Position numbers and translations under genes: made by a program
Part shown: in pieces, positions 50,897 through 62,529 of the stretch
How the letters are laid out: every line of letters begins with the position of its first letter
Numbering within the stretch: the stretch's first letter is position 1
Source of the DNA: Yuukianura sp. NJ FZ-2021
Lineage: Eukaryota
Reading direction: 5' to 3'
Assembly (NCBI GenBank): GCA_046563655.1
Contig: CM102283.1
Location: 2,170,001-2,234,000, forward strand
Length of the DNA stretch: 64,000 nucleotides
Notes under the pieces: generated by a model
The model's input: the letters and a program-made list of their open reading frames with translations, nothing else
Told to the model about the DNA's origin: nothing
The model's database searches: none

Positions 50897-52116
50897 TATT
50901 ATTAAAATATTATAATAAATAATTAATCTTATTAAAATATTATTATTTAGAAAATAATGGTTTAGGGTGAGATAATTTTTTTAAATATTACAATCACAAC
51001 GATTGAAGTGGTAGCAAGTGAAGCCACAGTTACGCTTTGCCCAGTATAAGTTTTCCCTTTAAAAAAAATATTTCCGAATAAAAAAATTAAAACCTTTAAC
51101 CCATGGATACATTGAAAATAGACGAAAAATTAATTTGATCATTAATATTAATATCATTAAAAAAATAATTGAATTGGATATATAATTTCCTTCACCGTCT
51201 TCATACTGTGGTACTAATTGTAATTGTAATTAACATAGTGTCTAATTAGCTTAACCTTGTAAAATTAAATTAGCTTCGTAATATTAATGGCAGAGGTAGT
51301 AGGGATACATGTTAACTTCCAATTTAAGTTAATTGACACTAACATTATGAAAAACTAATTTTCAAAATGTGTCAAACTGTTATGCTTTACACAATAACGA
51401 ACTTTTACTTTTACAAATTAAAAATTTCATATTGTGGTTGTGGTTAACACAATGTACATTTACACAGATAATACATAGTATAGGTAACACAGAAGCATGC
51501 CATTGGTTCAAAGTTGCATTGGTTCTAGAGCTTTAAATTGTTCAAAAACATTATGTTTAGTGTGTATTTACTTCGGGTTTTTGAACTAAAGCTTTGAACT
51601 TGAATTTTTGTGGACCAATATTAGTGGAGCCCATGGCATGGAACTGTTTACCGTTAACACAATTACACCGATACACTTTTACACAGTTAAACTTTTGAGT
51701 GTGGTTTATTGAGTGAATAGAAACAATTGAAATCATTCCAGAGTGGGAGAATTGGATCCAATTTCATCAGATTTAGATGCCGCTTGTGTCCAGGATAAGA
51801 TAAGCTTTTCCGGAACAGCATTCTCTGTGTAGCGTTTTTTATCAAGCGCAGTGTTTCCGTTGTAAACAATATGGTGAATTGCAAAAAAGACATTTTTTGT
51901 CAATTTTTTGGCAACGGTGAATTTGCCGAATGATTTATTTGTGCAGTGCGGTCAGATCATAAATTTTTATGACAATGTTTTATCAATTGGAACGAAATAT
52001 TTTAGTCATGATGCGGCAGTCGTCTTGTACCACACAGAAATACCACGCTTGAATTGACACTTCAAAAAGTTAGGGGAAAAAGTGAGAAAAGTGGAAAATT
52101 TTCGACAAAGAAAAAA

Positions 52117-53184
52117 ATGTCGTCGACACATGAGTTATTCAAGAAAGTGACATTTTTCGTAGTGATCAGTCTAGCTGTAGCCGCGTTCATAAACTATTCT
52201 AGTGTAAGTAAGAGTACTACATACAACATAATTCCTAAGTTACAAGACTATTTAAGGTCAAAGGTCACGAGTGAAATTCGTCCCAAAAACGTCACTTGGA
52301 CGCCCGTGCTTGGTTGGATTCTGCATTTCAACTATGAACCACATCCAGAAGGACTCCAGATGCTGTTGCACTTTTATGCAAAACACTTCGTGAGTGTCGT
52401 CATTGTGTCACCGACAGGCAGAATCGGAAAACTACTGGAACTGAATACTTCCAGCGCAGACGCAGAAGTGATCTGGGCACCACCTTGTGACAACAAACTG
52501 AATGGGTATGTTGCAGGAGTGATGATGCGATGTTACGCCAGAGGGCTGGAACTGCTCCAAAAGAGCGCCAATTTTCAAAAAGTGGAGTACGTCGTTCTGT
52601 CCAACGATGACGTCATTTTGAACATGACGAAAGTGAGGGAGTTTGCACGGGAAAGACGACCAGTGTCACATGCATCGCCAAAAGAAGATGCTCCACCCAT
52701 GTTTGCTCAGCCTCCACCCGCAAACGATAATGGAACAGTGTCGTACTTCAAGGGGTGGGTCTACGCACGGTGGTGGCCAGAATGCCAAAAAGTATTTTCA
52801 AAAGTGCCGCAAGAATTTAAAAACAGATTTTCGGACAGATTTTTGAGTGACAAAGCACTCGCGGGTGGTTGTGACGTTTTCTTTTTGCCGCCCGAAGTCG
52901 TTCCGGAATTCGTTTTTCTGTCGACGATTGTTTCCGAGTGTTGGCTGGAAATGGGCATTCCGAATTCGTTGGCGATGTTATCCAATCCGGTTAAATTTTA
53001 CATCCCACCTTCGGATGTGTTCATGTATCGCTGGTGGGGAACTCTAATTACTCCGGAAAAATTTGAACAGGAACTGGGCAATAAGTCTATCGTGTCATTT
53101 CATCCGTTCAAACTGAGTTATCCAGAACACCGAAAAGCATTTGCACATTTTATGTCCAAATATAAATTTAATCAATATTATTAA
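52117..53184 (+). CDS. GT-like array copy 5 (subfamily A)
   Basis: Intact ORF from MSSTHELF; same motifs. Confidence 0.7.
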   Translation: MSSTHELFKKVTFFVVISLAVAAFINYSSVSKSTTYNIIPKLQDYLRSKVTSEIRPKNVTWTPVLGWILHFNYEPHPEGLQMLLHFYAKHFVSVVIVSPTGRIGKLLELNTSSADAEVIWAPPCDNKLNGYVAGVMMRCYARGLELLQKSANFQKVEYVVLSNDDVILNMTKVREFARERRPVSHASPKEDAPPMFAQPPPANDNGTVSYFKGWVYARWWPECQKVFSKVPQEFKNRFSDRFLSDKALAGGCDVFFLPPEVVPEFVFLSTIVSECWLEMGIPNSLAMLSNPVKFYIPPSDVFMYRWWGTLITPEKFEQELGNKSIVSFHPFKLSYPEHRKAFAHFMSKYKFNQYY

Positions 53185-53375
53185 GAAGTTATTTACTTGT
53201 TATACTGAAATAACATATTGTTTTCTAAATTTTAGAAGTTAATAAACCTTTCCAAGTATTTGGAGTGTTACGGTCATCGTAACTAAAAAACGTTTACCAA
53301 AATGAACAATAAATTTTTCTGAGACTGCGGATATTGAAATTGAAAAACGGTTTGGATCAGCATAGGAATGCCGTA

Positions 53376-53615
53376 CAGTGGTTCACAATATATCAAAATT
53401 TAGGAAAAGACTTGATCTAGTATTTTGAAAAAAAGACTTTCAAAATTTTAGTTCTAACTATGAAAAGATTGATCAATTGCTTATTGATTATGAAAAATTG
53501 ATTTACTTCTTTCTATTTTTTTACAATTTTTTTCATAGAATTAAAATTTGAAATTCTGCCTTTCAAAATACTAGAGGAAGTGTTTTCATAAAGTTTGATA
53601 CATTGTGAGTCACTG
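53376..53615. mobile_element. Tc1/mariner-like MITE (degenerate duplicate at ~55158-55390)
   Basis: TA|CAGTGGTTCACAATATATCAAA ... TTTGATACATTGTGAGTCACTG|TA, with internal CTAGTATTTTGAAA / TTTCAAAATACTAG. Confidence 0.7.
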
Positions 53616-53932
53616 TACGACACTCTTATTTTTTAATTCTTGAGTTACAGCCGCATTTTGACCCCCTAGTTTCCAGAGTATTCGAAAGCCTTAATTCTCA
53701 TAACAATAACAATTATAAACATCCCTCCACAGTTTCGAGTTTTCACCTTTGAACCTCAGTCGCGCGGGAAACGCTGACCGAGCAACTTGAAAAAAATCAC
53801 TGAGAGTAGCATAGGTTTTACGTTTTAGCAAAAACATTTTGAAACGCGGCAATATTCAAAAGAGAAACGTTTGGTGGAACTGGTCAACGTTTGAAATTCG
53901 TAAATTGGGTTTCAAATTCATCAAATTTGAAA

Positions 53933-54967
53933 ATGCTGCTAAACAGTCCTGTTCGCAGACAGCTTCCGTTTGTGCTCATTTTCCTATTAGGGATTGTGGC
54001 AACGTTGTTTTTGTTCTACAACGTTCAAAATTTTACAACAACGAATGTTCACGCTTCTGAATCCAACTTCAAAATCCTGCGCCCAGGCGCGGACTTACGA
54101 CTTGCTTGGATTCTTCACTTCAACTACGAACCGCATCCCGAAGTCGTCAAAATCCTGCTCCACTTTTACGCCAAACACTTTGCATTTATAGCCATCGTGT
54201 GTCCGACGGGGCGAAGTGAGAAACTGCTTCACGTCGATACGTCAACAGTTGACGCCGAAGTGGTTTGGGCTCCTCCGTGTCCAAACTACTTGCGCAACGC
54301 AGTGGCAGGACTCATGATGATTTGCTACTCAAAGGGGCTGCAGTTGCTCCAAGCCAGTTCAAAGGTCAACCAGGTCAACTTTGTCGTTTTGTCCAACGAT
54401 GACGTTGTGCTCAACATGACCAAAGTGAGGGAGTTTGCGCATGAAGGACGTCCAGTGTCACACATGTCGCTACCAAAAACGAAACCGCCAATAATGTTCG
54501 AACAGCCAAAACCCAACGAAACTTACTTTGAAGGCTGGTCATGGGCTCGTTGGTGGCCGGAGTGTCAAAAACTTTTTGCAAAAGTGCCGCAGGAATTCAA
54601 AAACAGATATTTGCACCGATACGGAGACAGAGCAATGAAGGGACCCGTGGACGTGTTTCTTTTGCCGTCCAAATCTGTTCCGGAATTCCTGTTTCTGACG
54701 AGTATCGTGGGAAAGTGTTGGATCGAAATGAACATTCCAAATGCTCTGGCGATGCTTACGGAACCTCCCAAATTCAACTCATCTGACACGGGAATGCTGA
54801 TGTACCATTGGCCAAATTACGGTGATGTCGTTACGCCGGAGGAATTTGAAGAAGCAATTAAAGGAAAGACAATGATGTCGTTTCATCCGTTCAAGCTGAG
54901 TTATCCTGAACACCGAAAAGCATTTGCACATTTTATGACCAAATATAAATTTAATCAATATTATTAA
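53933..54967 (+). CDS. GT-like array copy 6 (subfamily B)
   Basis: Intact ORF: LAWILHFNYEPHP, CPTGRSEK, SNDDVVLN, FHPFKLS. Confidence 0.7.
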   Translation: MLLNSPVRRQLPFVLIFLLGIVATLFLFYNVQNFTTTNVHASESNFKILRPGADLRLAWILHFNYEPHPEVVKILLHFYAKHFAFIAIVCPTGRSEKLLHVDTSTVDAEVVWAPPCPNYLRNAVAGLMMICYSKGLQLLQASSKVNQVNFVVLSNDDVVLNMTKVREFAHEGRPVSHMSLPKTKPPIMFEQPKPNETYFEGWSWARWWPECQKLFAKVPQEFKNRYLHRYGDRAMKGPVDVFLLPSKSVPEFLFLTSIVGKCWIEMNIPNALAMLTEPPKFNSSDTGMLMYHWPNYGDVVTPEEFEEAIKGKTMMSFHPFKLSYPEHRKAFAHFMTKYKFNQYY

Positions 54968-55413
54968 GAAGTTATTTACTTGTAATACTGAAATAACATA
55001 TTGTTTTCTAAATTTTAGAAGTTAATAAACCTTTCCAAGTATTTGGAGTGTCACGGTCATCGGAACTAAAAGACGTTTACCAAAATGAACAATAAATTTT
55101 TCTGAGACTGCGGACATTGAAATTGAAAAACGCTTTGGGTGATCGTAGGAATGTCCTAAAGTGGTTCGCAATATATATTTTAGGAAAAGACTTAATCTAG
55201 TATATTGAAAATACAGAATTTCAATATTTCAGTTCTAACTGTGAAAAAACTGATCAATTGTTTATTGATGATGAAAAATTGATTTAGTTCAATTTGTTTC
55301 ATAGTTAGAATTAAAATTTTGACATTCTGCCTTTCAAAATACTAGAGGAAGTGTTTCCATAAAGTTTGATACAGTGTTGTTGGGTCACTGTACGACACTA
55401 CTACGGTAAGCCC

Positions 55414-55672
55414 CAGCCCCCTGCAATCAGCACCATTAGCAACCAACGCAATTTTTTGTTTGTGACGTCACCAGCTGAAAAAATACCGTAATCGTGATGT
55501 TTTAACCCGCTGGCATCTATGTAAACAAGATGCGGTTTGCGGGTTTCTATAGGACACCATCATTAATACGCAGAATTCCGGTATTTTTCAGCGGGTGACG
55601 TCATTTTTTTTTCCACATGGCAACCAAACAAACTTTCTATCCGCACTACCTAGTAGTATTCTATTTACCTTG
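55414..55672. mobile_element. MITE family Y, copy 2
   Basis: Reverse complement of 41616-41873; 9-bp TSD GGTAAGCCC. Confidence 0.8.
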
Positions 55673-55997
55673 GGTAAGCCCCACCATTTTTCAATTCATG
55701 AGTTACAGCCGCATGTTGATTCCCAGTTTCCATGGTATTCGAAAGCCCTAATTGTAATTCTCATGCATAACAATGATATAAATATCCCTCCATACTTCCA
55801 TAGAATTTTCACCTTTGAACCTAACCGCGCGAGACGCTGGACGGAGCAACTTGAAAAAAAAAATCACTGTACGTGTAGCATAGCAGTTTTAGGGAAAAAC
55901 ATTTTGAAACGCGGCAATATTCAAAACAGAAACGTTTGGTGGAACTGGTCAACGTTTGAAATTCGTGAATTGGGTTTCAAATTCATCAAAGTTGAAA

Positions 55998-57588
55998 ATG
56001 CCGCTAAATCGTCCTGTTCGCAGACCGCTTCCGTTTGTGCTCATTTTCCTATTAGGGATTGTGGCAACGTTGTTTTTGTTCTACAACGTTCAAAATTTTA
56101 CAACGAATGTTCCCGCTTTTGAATCCAATTTCAAAATCCTGCGCCCCTTACGACTCGCTTGGATTCTGCACTTTAAGGACGGGTAAGAGGCAGCGTTTGT
56201 TTACGATTTGGTGTCAGTCATTGCCGTTAGTAACCAAGCAAAATCACTGCTCAAACGTGCAAAAGTCGGCACTGTTTTGAATGGTTGACGAATCAAAGTT
56301 TTTCCGGGTACAACACATCAAATAAGCTGGAACAAAACAATCAACATGTTCCCATGGAAACGGCTAATTTCATTGCCGACATTTGCAAATTTGTAAATTA
56401 CCTCAGAATTTCATCTACTTTTGCTAATTAGATGTTCATTATAAGACCTAGAAATGTGTTTGAGGTGTCTAAAAATCCGGAAGACCATGGCGCTTAAGCC
56501 GCCTTGACCAAATTCCCGAATTTTGGTATCATTCGACGCGTAGAAAAAATTGAACCTTGTATTCAATTTTTAGTATCACTTCACAACAAAAATTCAAGTT
56601 TGGTTCAAGGCTCTGCATTCTACAGATAATGACGAATTTTTAGAGCCCTTGTAGACATTTCTACGTTATACCTGTGACTTCTAATTAGGCGTCAAAGTTA
56701 ATTAATTTAAGGCGAAACGAGACCCACCGTTGCCATGTGTGATTCCTTCTTAACTACGAACCACATCCAGAAGTCGTCAAAATCCTGCTCCACTTTTACG
56801 CCAAACACTTTGTGTTTATAGCCATCGTGTGTCCGACGGGGCGAAGTGAGAAACTGCTTCACGTCGATACGTCAACAGTTGACGCCGAAGTGGTTTGGGC
56901 TCCTCCGTGTCCAAACTACTTGCGCAACGCAGTGGCAGGACTCATGATGATTTGCTACTCAAAGGGGCTGGAGTTGCTCCAGGCCAGTTCAAAGGTCAAC
57001 CAGGTCAACTTTGTCGTTTTGTCCAACGATGACGTTGTGCTCAACATGACCAAAGTGAGGGAGTTTGCGCATGAAGGACGTCCAGTGTCACACAAGTCAC
57101 AACCAAAAACGAAACCGCCAATGTTCGAACCGCCAAAACCCAACGAAACTTACTTTGAAGGTTGGTCATGGGCTAGTTGGTGGCCAGAGTGCCAAAAACT
57201 TTTTGCAAAAGTGCCGCAGGAATTCAAAGATAGGTATTTACAACGATACGGAGACAGAGCAATGAAGGGAGCCGTGGACGTGTTTCTCTTGCCGCTCAAA
57301 TCCGTTCCGGAATTCCTGTTCCTAACAAGTATCGTCGGAGAGTGCTGGATCGAAATGAACATTGTAAATGCTTTGGCGATGCTCACGGAACCTCCAACAT
57401 TCTACTCGTATGACACTCAAATGCTGATGTACCCTTGGCCAAGTGCTGTCGTTACGCCTGAGGAATTTGAAAAAGCAATTAAAGGAAAGACAATCATGTC
57501 GTTTCATCCGTTCAAACTGAGTTATCCTGAACACCGAAAAGCATTTGCACATTTTATGACTAAATACAAGTTTAACAACTATGATTGA
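55998..57588 (+). pseudogene. GT-like array copy 7 (subfamily B), interrupted by a 573-bp insertion
   Basis: ...LAWILHF| insertion |NYEPHPEVVK.... Both halves are otherwise open; removing the insert plus one TTAA restores CAC TTT AAC TAC. Confidence 0.8.
56177..56749. mobile_element. TTAA-target non-autonomous insertion (Kolobok/piggyBac-like target site)
   Basis: TTAA is duplicated at 56173-56176 and 56750-56753; GG...TC ends with only weak TIRs. Confidence 0.7.
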
Positions 57589-57886
57589 GAAGTTATTCCT
57601 AAAATATGATACTGAAATTGTGAAAATACTGAAATTACTGAAAATATGATATTGAAAATAAATGAACTTAAATTCTGAAAAAAAAAATTGTTTTTTGAAT
57701 TTTAAAAAGTATTAAACCTGTCGAAATATTTGCAGTGTCGCGGTCACTATAACCAGAAAACGTTTATCAAACGAACAATACATTTTAGCTGAACAGGGGC
57801 GTGCGCATTGCGACTAGACACCAGGAGCAACTGTAATACCGAAGTTGTTAAGTGGAAGTCGTTGTATCACTGTCTGAAAACTGCGA

Positions 57887-59081
57887 TTATGGCGAAAGTG
57901 CTTGAGGAAGAATTTCACCACAGGGTCCTTCGAAGTGGAAACTGGAAAGTTCGGGAACAAAGAAATAATTATAATGCCAATTTGAACGATTTTGGTATTG
58001 CAGGATATAGCGAAGGCCTAACTTGAAACGGGAAGTGACTGGAGTGGATTCCAAATTGAACTCTGCGACGGGCACTCCACGCTGTGCCACTTGCGGGGCA
58101 AACATGGCAGCGGGATAAACAATAGATGAAGTACCCACGACGAGACAAAGGTCACACTTGCCCAACTCCGCATCTGAAAAAATAGAAACGTTCCGCTTTC
58201 AAACTTCTACCAATTAATTAAGCCACAACGAAAGTAATCAGAAATCCACTTCCTGACATTGGTCATAGACTGACCTGCTCTGATCAGATCATCTTCACGC
58301 AGCGACTCACCAAACCAGACGACGTTGGGACGAAGTAATCCTCTGCAGGTACCATTAGTACATCGTGGCAATTCGTTAACGGGGATCCGGGCTTCTAAAG
58401 CCTTTGGATCTGGAGCACTGAATATAATAAGAACAATTCAAAAAATTAAACAAAATAATGTATCTCTGACACTTCAATTAGTAATTACGAAACTACAGTA
58501 TGATTAGCGTGTGCTCACCCTTTATCTCTGAGAGCCTCGCAAATCGGACTGTCATGGTTCGATTCTATCCGGCGACATTTAGTACACCTAGTCATAAACA
58601 ACGAACCGTGAAGTTCAATTATGTTCTGACTTCCGGCTCTTTGGTGCAGTTCGTCAATATTCTGCGTTATCACGATTGCTTTTTTCCCTTCAGCTTTCAT
58701 TCTCTTCTCGAATTCAGCGATAGCAAGATGAGCCTGGAACAAGTCAAAAGCGATTTTGTAAAATAATAGTGCTTGGACAAGATTATCCTATTAAGATCAG
58801 TTGAATGTACTCACCGGATTTGGTTGCTTGGACTGCATGACCTCTCTTCTATAATGGTAGAACTCCCACACAAGTGACGGATTCCTTCTGAATGCTTCCG
58901 GTGTGGCCAAATCTTGAGCTTGATACGTTCTCCAGTACCCACCGGCCCCACGGAAGGTGGGAACTCCAGACTCCGCTGAAACTCCGGCTCCAGTGAGGAT
59001 GACGATGTGCTTGGCCTTCTTCAGCACTTGACGAAATGCCTCCATGTCACTCGACGGGGACCGTTGGGGTGATGTTGTCAT
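57887..59081 (-). CDS. SIRT5: NAD-dependent protein deacylase sirtuin-5 (class III), five coding exons
   Basis: [15 protein letters not shown], class [25 protein letters not shown], CxxC zinc ligands, [30 protein letters not shown]. Confidence 0.93.
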
Positions 59082-59764
59082 TTGACGGGATCACAGGTCA
59101 ACTGTCGGATTCATAAAAAACGGATTAATTAGAGCAAAAGAAAAGAATTAATCTCACCCACCACAAAAACGTCAACGGCAATGGACATCAGCTCAGCTGA
59201 TTCACCATCAGCTGATTGATACCCGAAATTTTTCCAGAATCAGCTGAAATGTGAGATGGGTCCGTCCGACTTTTAAACCGAAAATTAGGAGATTCTCTCA
59301 GTCTCGTCCTCGTGATGGTCGTCACGCTTCCGTTTCCATACTTCATCTTCCCTATTGTCACATTTGATTCCCATTACCAACCATTGGTCAAGGTCAAGTC
59401 AAATTGGTAATCGGATTCTCCATTTTCCCGTTGACCTTGAGGACGGTCCAGGAGCTCTCCACCCACATGGACATACATTTGTAAAATTTTAAAGGAATCT
59501 TCGCAATGGCCTTGGCCATTATTCATTGTATTCCGACCAGTACCTGCATGTTGGATCTCAAAGTTTACGTAAAGGTTAGTCAGATAATTAGTAATTTAAT
59601 TACGTAACTATTAAACAAAGGGTAATTACTTACAGGGTTATTTTATATGATACACCAGGCATTACTACACTACGAAGTCCAAACGATTCGTTATCTTAAT
59701 TAATTTTCATTTTGATATTAGGAATTCATTTCATGTGGCTAACGTATACGTCACCTCTAACATC

Positions 59765-60820
59765 ATGGGGTATCACCGCTTGATTCGGAAGAAGATTCAC
59801 CTTCTTGTACTGGTGGTGTTGATAGTAGTTGCACTACTGTATGGCATCAACGTTTCCAAGTCGTTTCCATCGAATCCAGTCAACCCAATGAAGTTTCATT
59901 TTAACTGCAGCAGTTCAGACAAAACCGTCGTCGCTGTTCCGACCAATACTGAACCGACTCCACCCAAGAAACTGGCTTGGATCATTCATTTCAACTACGA
60001 GCCTGTTCCAACTGCTGTTGAATACTTGCTACACTTCTATGCCAAACACTTTATCTTCATTGCCATCGTGTCACCTACAGGACGTATCGGATTACTCCAC
60101 AACATCGACACCAATTGCTCCAACATCGAAATAGTTTGGTCTCCAGCATGTCCGAATTCACTCCACGAAGAAGTCGCCGGAGCGATGATGCGTTGCTATG
60201 CAATGGGGCTGGAACTACTTCAGACCAGTACAAAATTTAAAGAAGTTGACTACGTCGTGATGTCCAACGACGACGTCGTGCTGAACATCACGAAGATCAA
60301 GGAACTTGCCAATGATGGGTTTCCAGTGTCACATCTTAATGATCAACACGATGGACCTCCGATGTTTTCTCCTCCGCCCGACAATTTGACGTACTTCAAG
60401 GGCTGGAAATGGAGACTCTGGTGGCCAGAATGTCAACAAGTATTTTCTGAAGTTCCACAAGAGTACAAAGACAGATTCCAAGAACGGCAAGGATTCAACG
60501 CAAGATTCGGCCGTGTGGATGCCTTCTTCCTGCCGGTGAAAACCGTTCCAGAATTTCTGTTTCTGTCTAAACTTGTTGCCGAATGCTGGATGGAAATGAG
60601 CATTCCAAATGCTTTGGCGATGCTGTCAGTACCTACGTTATTCTACTCAACCAATCCAGAACTGCTGATGTACCGAGGGTTTGTGTACGGAACGACTCCG
60701 GAGTCGTTTGAGGAAGATATTAAAGGGAAATCGTTTGTGTCGTACCACTCTTACAAACTGGGCTACGTTTATAATCAAATCGAATTCCCTACACTTATTA
60801 GTAAATACAGACTGAATTAA
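59765..60820 (+). CDS. GT-like array copy 8 (most divergent member)
   Basis: TM anchor; LAWIIHFNYEP, SNDDVVLN, MEMSIP, SYHSYKL. Confidence 0.7.
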   Translation: MGYHRLIRKKIHLLVLVVLIVVALLYGINVSKSFPSNPVNPMKFHFNCSSSDKTVVAVPTNTEPTPPKKLAWIIHFNYEPVPTAVEYLLHFYAKHFIFIAIVSPTGRIGLLHNIDTNCSNIEIVWSPACPNSLHEEVAGAMMRCYAMGLELLQTSTKFKEVDYVVMSNDDVVLNITKIKELANDGFPVSHLNDQHDGPPMFSPPPDNLTYFKGWKWRLWWPECQQVFSEVPQEYKDRFQERQGFNARFGRVDAFFLPVKTVPEFLFLSKLVAECWMEMSIPNALAMLSVPTLFYSTNPELLMYRGFVYGTTPESFEEDIKGKSFVSYHSYKLGYVYNQIEFPTLISKYRLN

Positions 60821-61216
60821 TTTTGAGAATTTCGTGTCAAATTATAATATGAATACAAACTTATTATTTTGGTTAAAGAAAATAAATACAGCATAGCTTT
60901 GAGCAGATTTTCGATTTTAAAACGTTCGTTCTTGATTTCATCGTTTTTAGAATTCCGACCAGTATTTGCAAAAAAGTTACGTACAACATTTTGTGATGTC
61001 TACCTAAGATGTCCTACAAATTTCAAAATTTTGAGTTTTTCTTTTGTTGCCAAAATTGAAAATTTGAGAATTCTTTTTGCACTATGTATTGCTATTTCCA
61101 AAATTTCCAGAAATCAGAATTTCTATTTGCAAAAAATGAACTACTTACAAAATTTTGGTAAAATTTTGCTATCGTTTAAGTATGTAAAAAGCGTACAATT
61201 GCAAAAAATGAAAATA

Positions 61217-61330
61217 CCGTAAGTATTCAAATACTACCCCACTCCCGAATACTGTCCAATGTCCGTATTAGCACCCCTCTCATAATGTGGACGAACGAAT
61301 TTGAATTAGGTATTATTTGAAGAATTACGG
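61217..61330. mobile_element. Tiny Tc2/pogo-like MITE
   Basis: TA|CCGTAAGTATTCAAATACTACC ... GGTATTATTTGAAGAATTACGG|TA. Confidence 0.65.
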
Positions 61331-62529
61331 TAGCACATAATTTTCTTTTGCCATTCTTCGAAAAAGTCTCGGTTGTTGTCGGCTTCCTTTCCCAAGAAGA
61401 TCATGCGCAAAACCTTAAAAAAATCTCTCAAAACTGAATGCAAAAAAAGATTGTAGGAGGAAAGTCAAGTGTTCTAAAAATAGATTTTGATACAAATTGT
61501 ATTAATTGACAATATAATTCTAATTTACTTATAATTTTAATTTCAATGTAGTAATTTGTAATATCTAGTGCACAACAATGTAATTTTTAATCTTTCTACA
61601 TACAGCAAAAGCGTCGAATTTGCCAAATCCAAGTTAAAAAAAACTACTGTCCGAATTTGACAATTGTAAGCTGAACTTTTGTATAAGTTTGGATTTTTGT
61701 GTGACCTGCAGGTTGGTGGGTCAACTTTGTTAGAAAGAAAAATACAAATTGAAGTTACAAAAGTATTGCAGAAGTGTCAAGTTAATTAGTTACTAATTAA
61801 AAACAGTAATTAATATTTGTATAATACAACGTAAAACCAATTTTTGTTATTCCTATGTTCCGAAAGTTGTGTATTGTGAAATTATGACTACGGTAGGTTT
61901 CAAAAAGTTCTGTTTTTTTGGATGTTTCGAAAAAAGAAGGTTACTTTTGGTATTCAGAGAAGTTCAGTGAACACGTTTGAGCCTTAATTTTTTTTTATTT
62001 TTAACTCTGAGTTTATAGCCTTTTTAAGTATTCTTTCCAACTTTTTCTTTGTGTCACAAATATCTTTGTTCATTTTGAAACTAGTGAAGCATGTAGTAGG
62101 TTCGGCATAGTAATGTGAAACCGGAAATCAATAATCTGCATTTACTTGTGTAAGATACAAGGTCAAATGTCACTTTCTAAGTGAACTTATAACCACCCTA
62201 CTAAAAAGCCACTTTTGGTTTACATAACTTTTATATATAACTTTTTATCACTTTTCAAAGTAACGTTATCTATTTACTTTTCTGAAGTAAGCTTCGATGC
62301 GGGCTATTGTTAGTTTAACTTAGTTGGTGATTTGATCCCCCTTGTTCTGCTTCGGTTTCAAAATTTCAGTATAAAAAAAACTGAAAAAAACTTACGTGTT
62401 GAAGTGAGAGTTGACACGGTGATGGTTGGAGCAAAAACATTTTGAAACCCGGCAATTTTTAAAACAGAAACGTTTGGTGGAACTGATCAACGTTTGAAAT
62501 TCGTCAATTGAAGTTGAAATTTATCGAAA

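Noticed and set aside
43096-59081. NACHT plus sirtuin as a bacterial-style STAND/SIR2 defence system
   Set aside because: The sirtuin is a canonical intron-containing eukaryotic SIRT5 about 10 kb away, and nothing in the sequence links the two genes.
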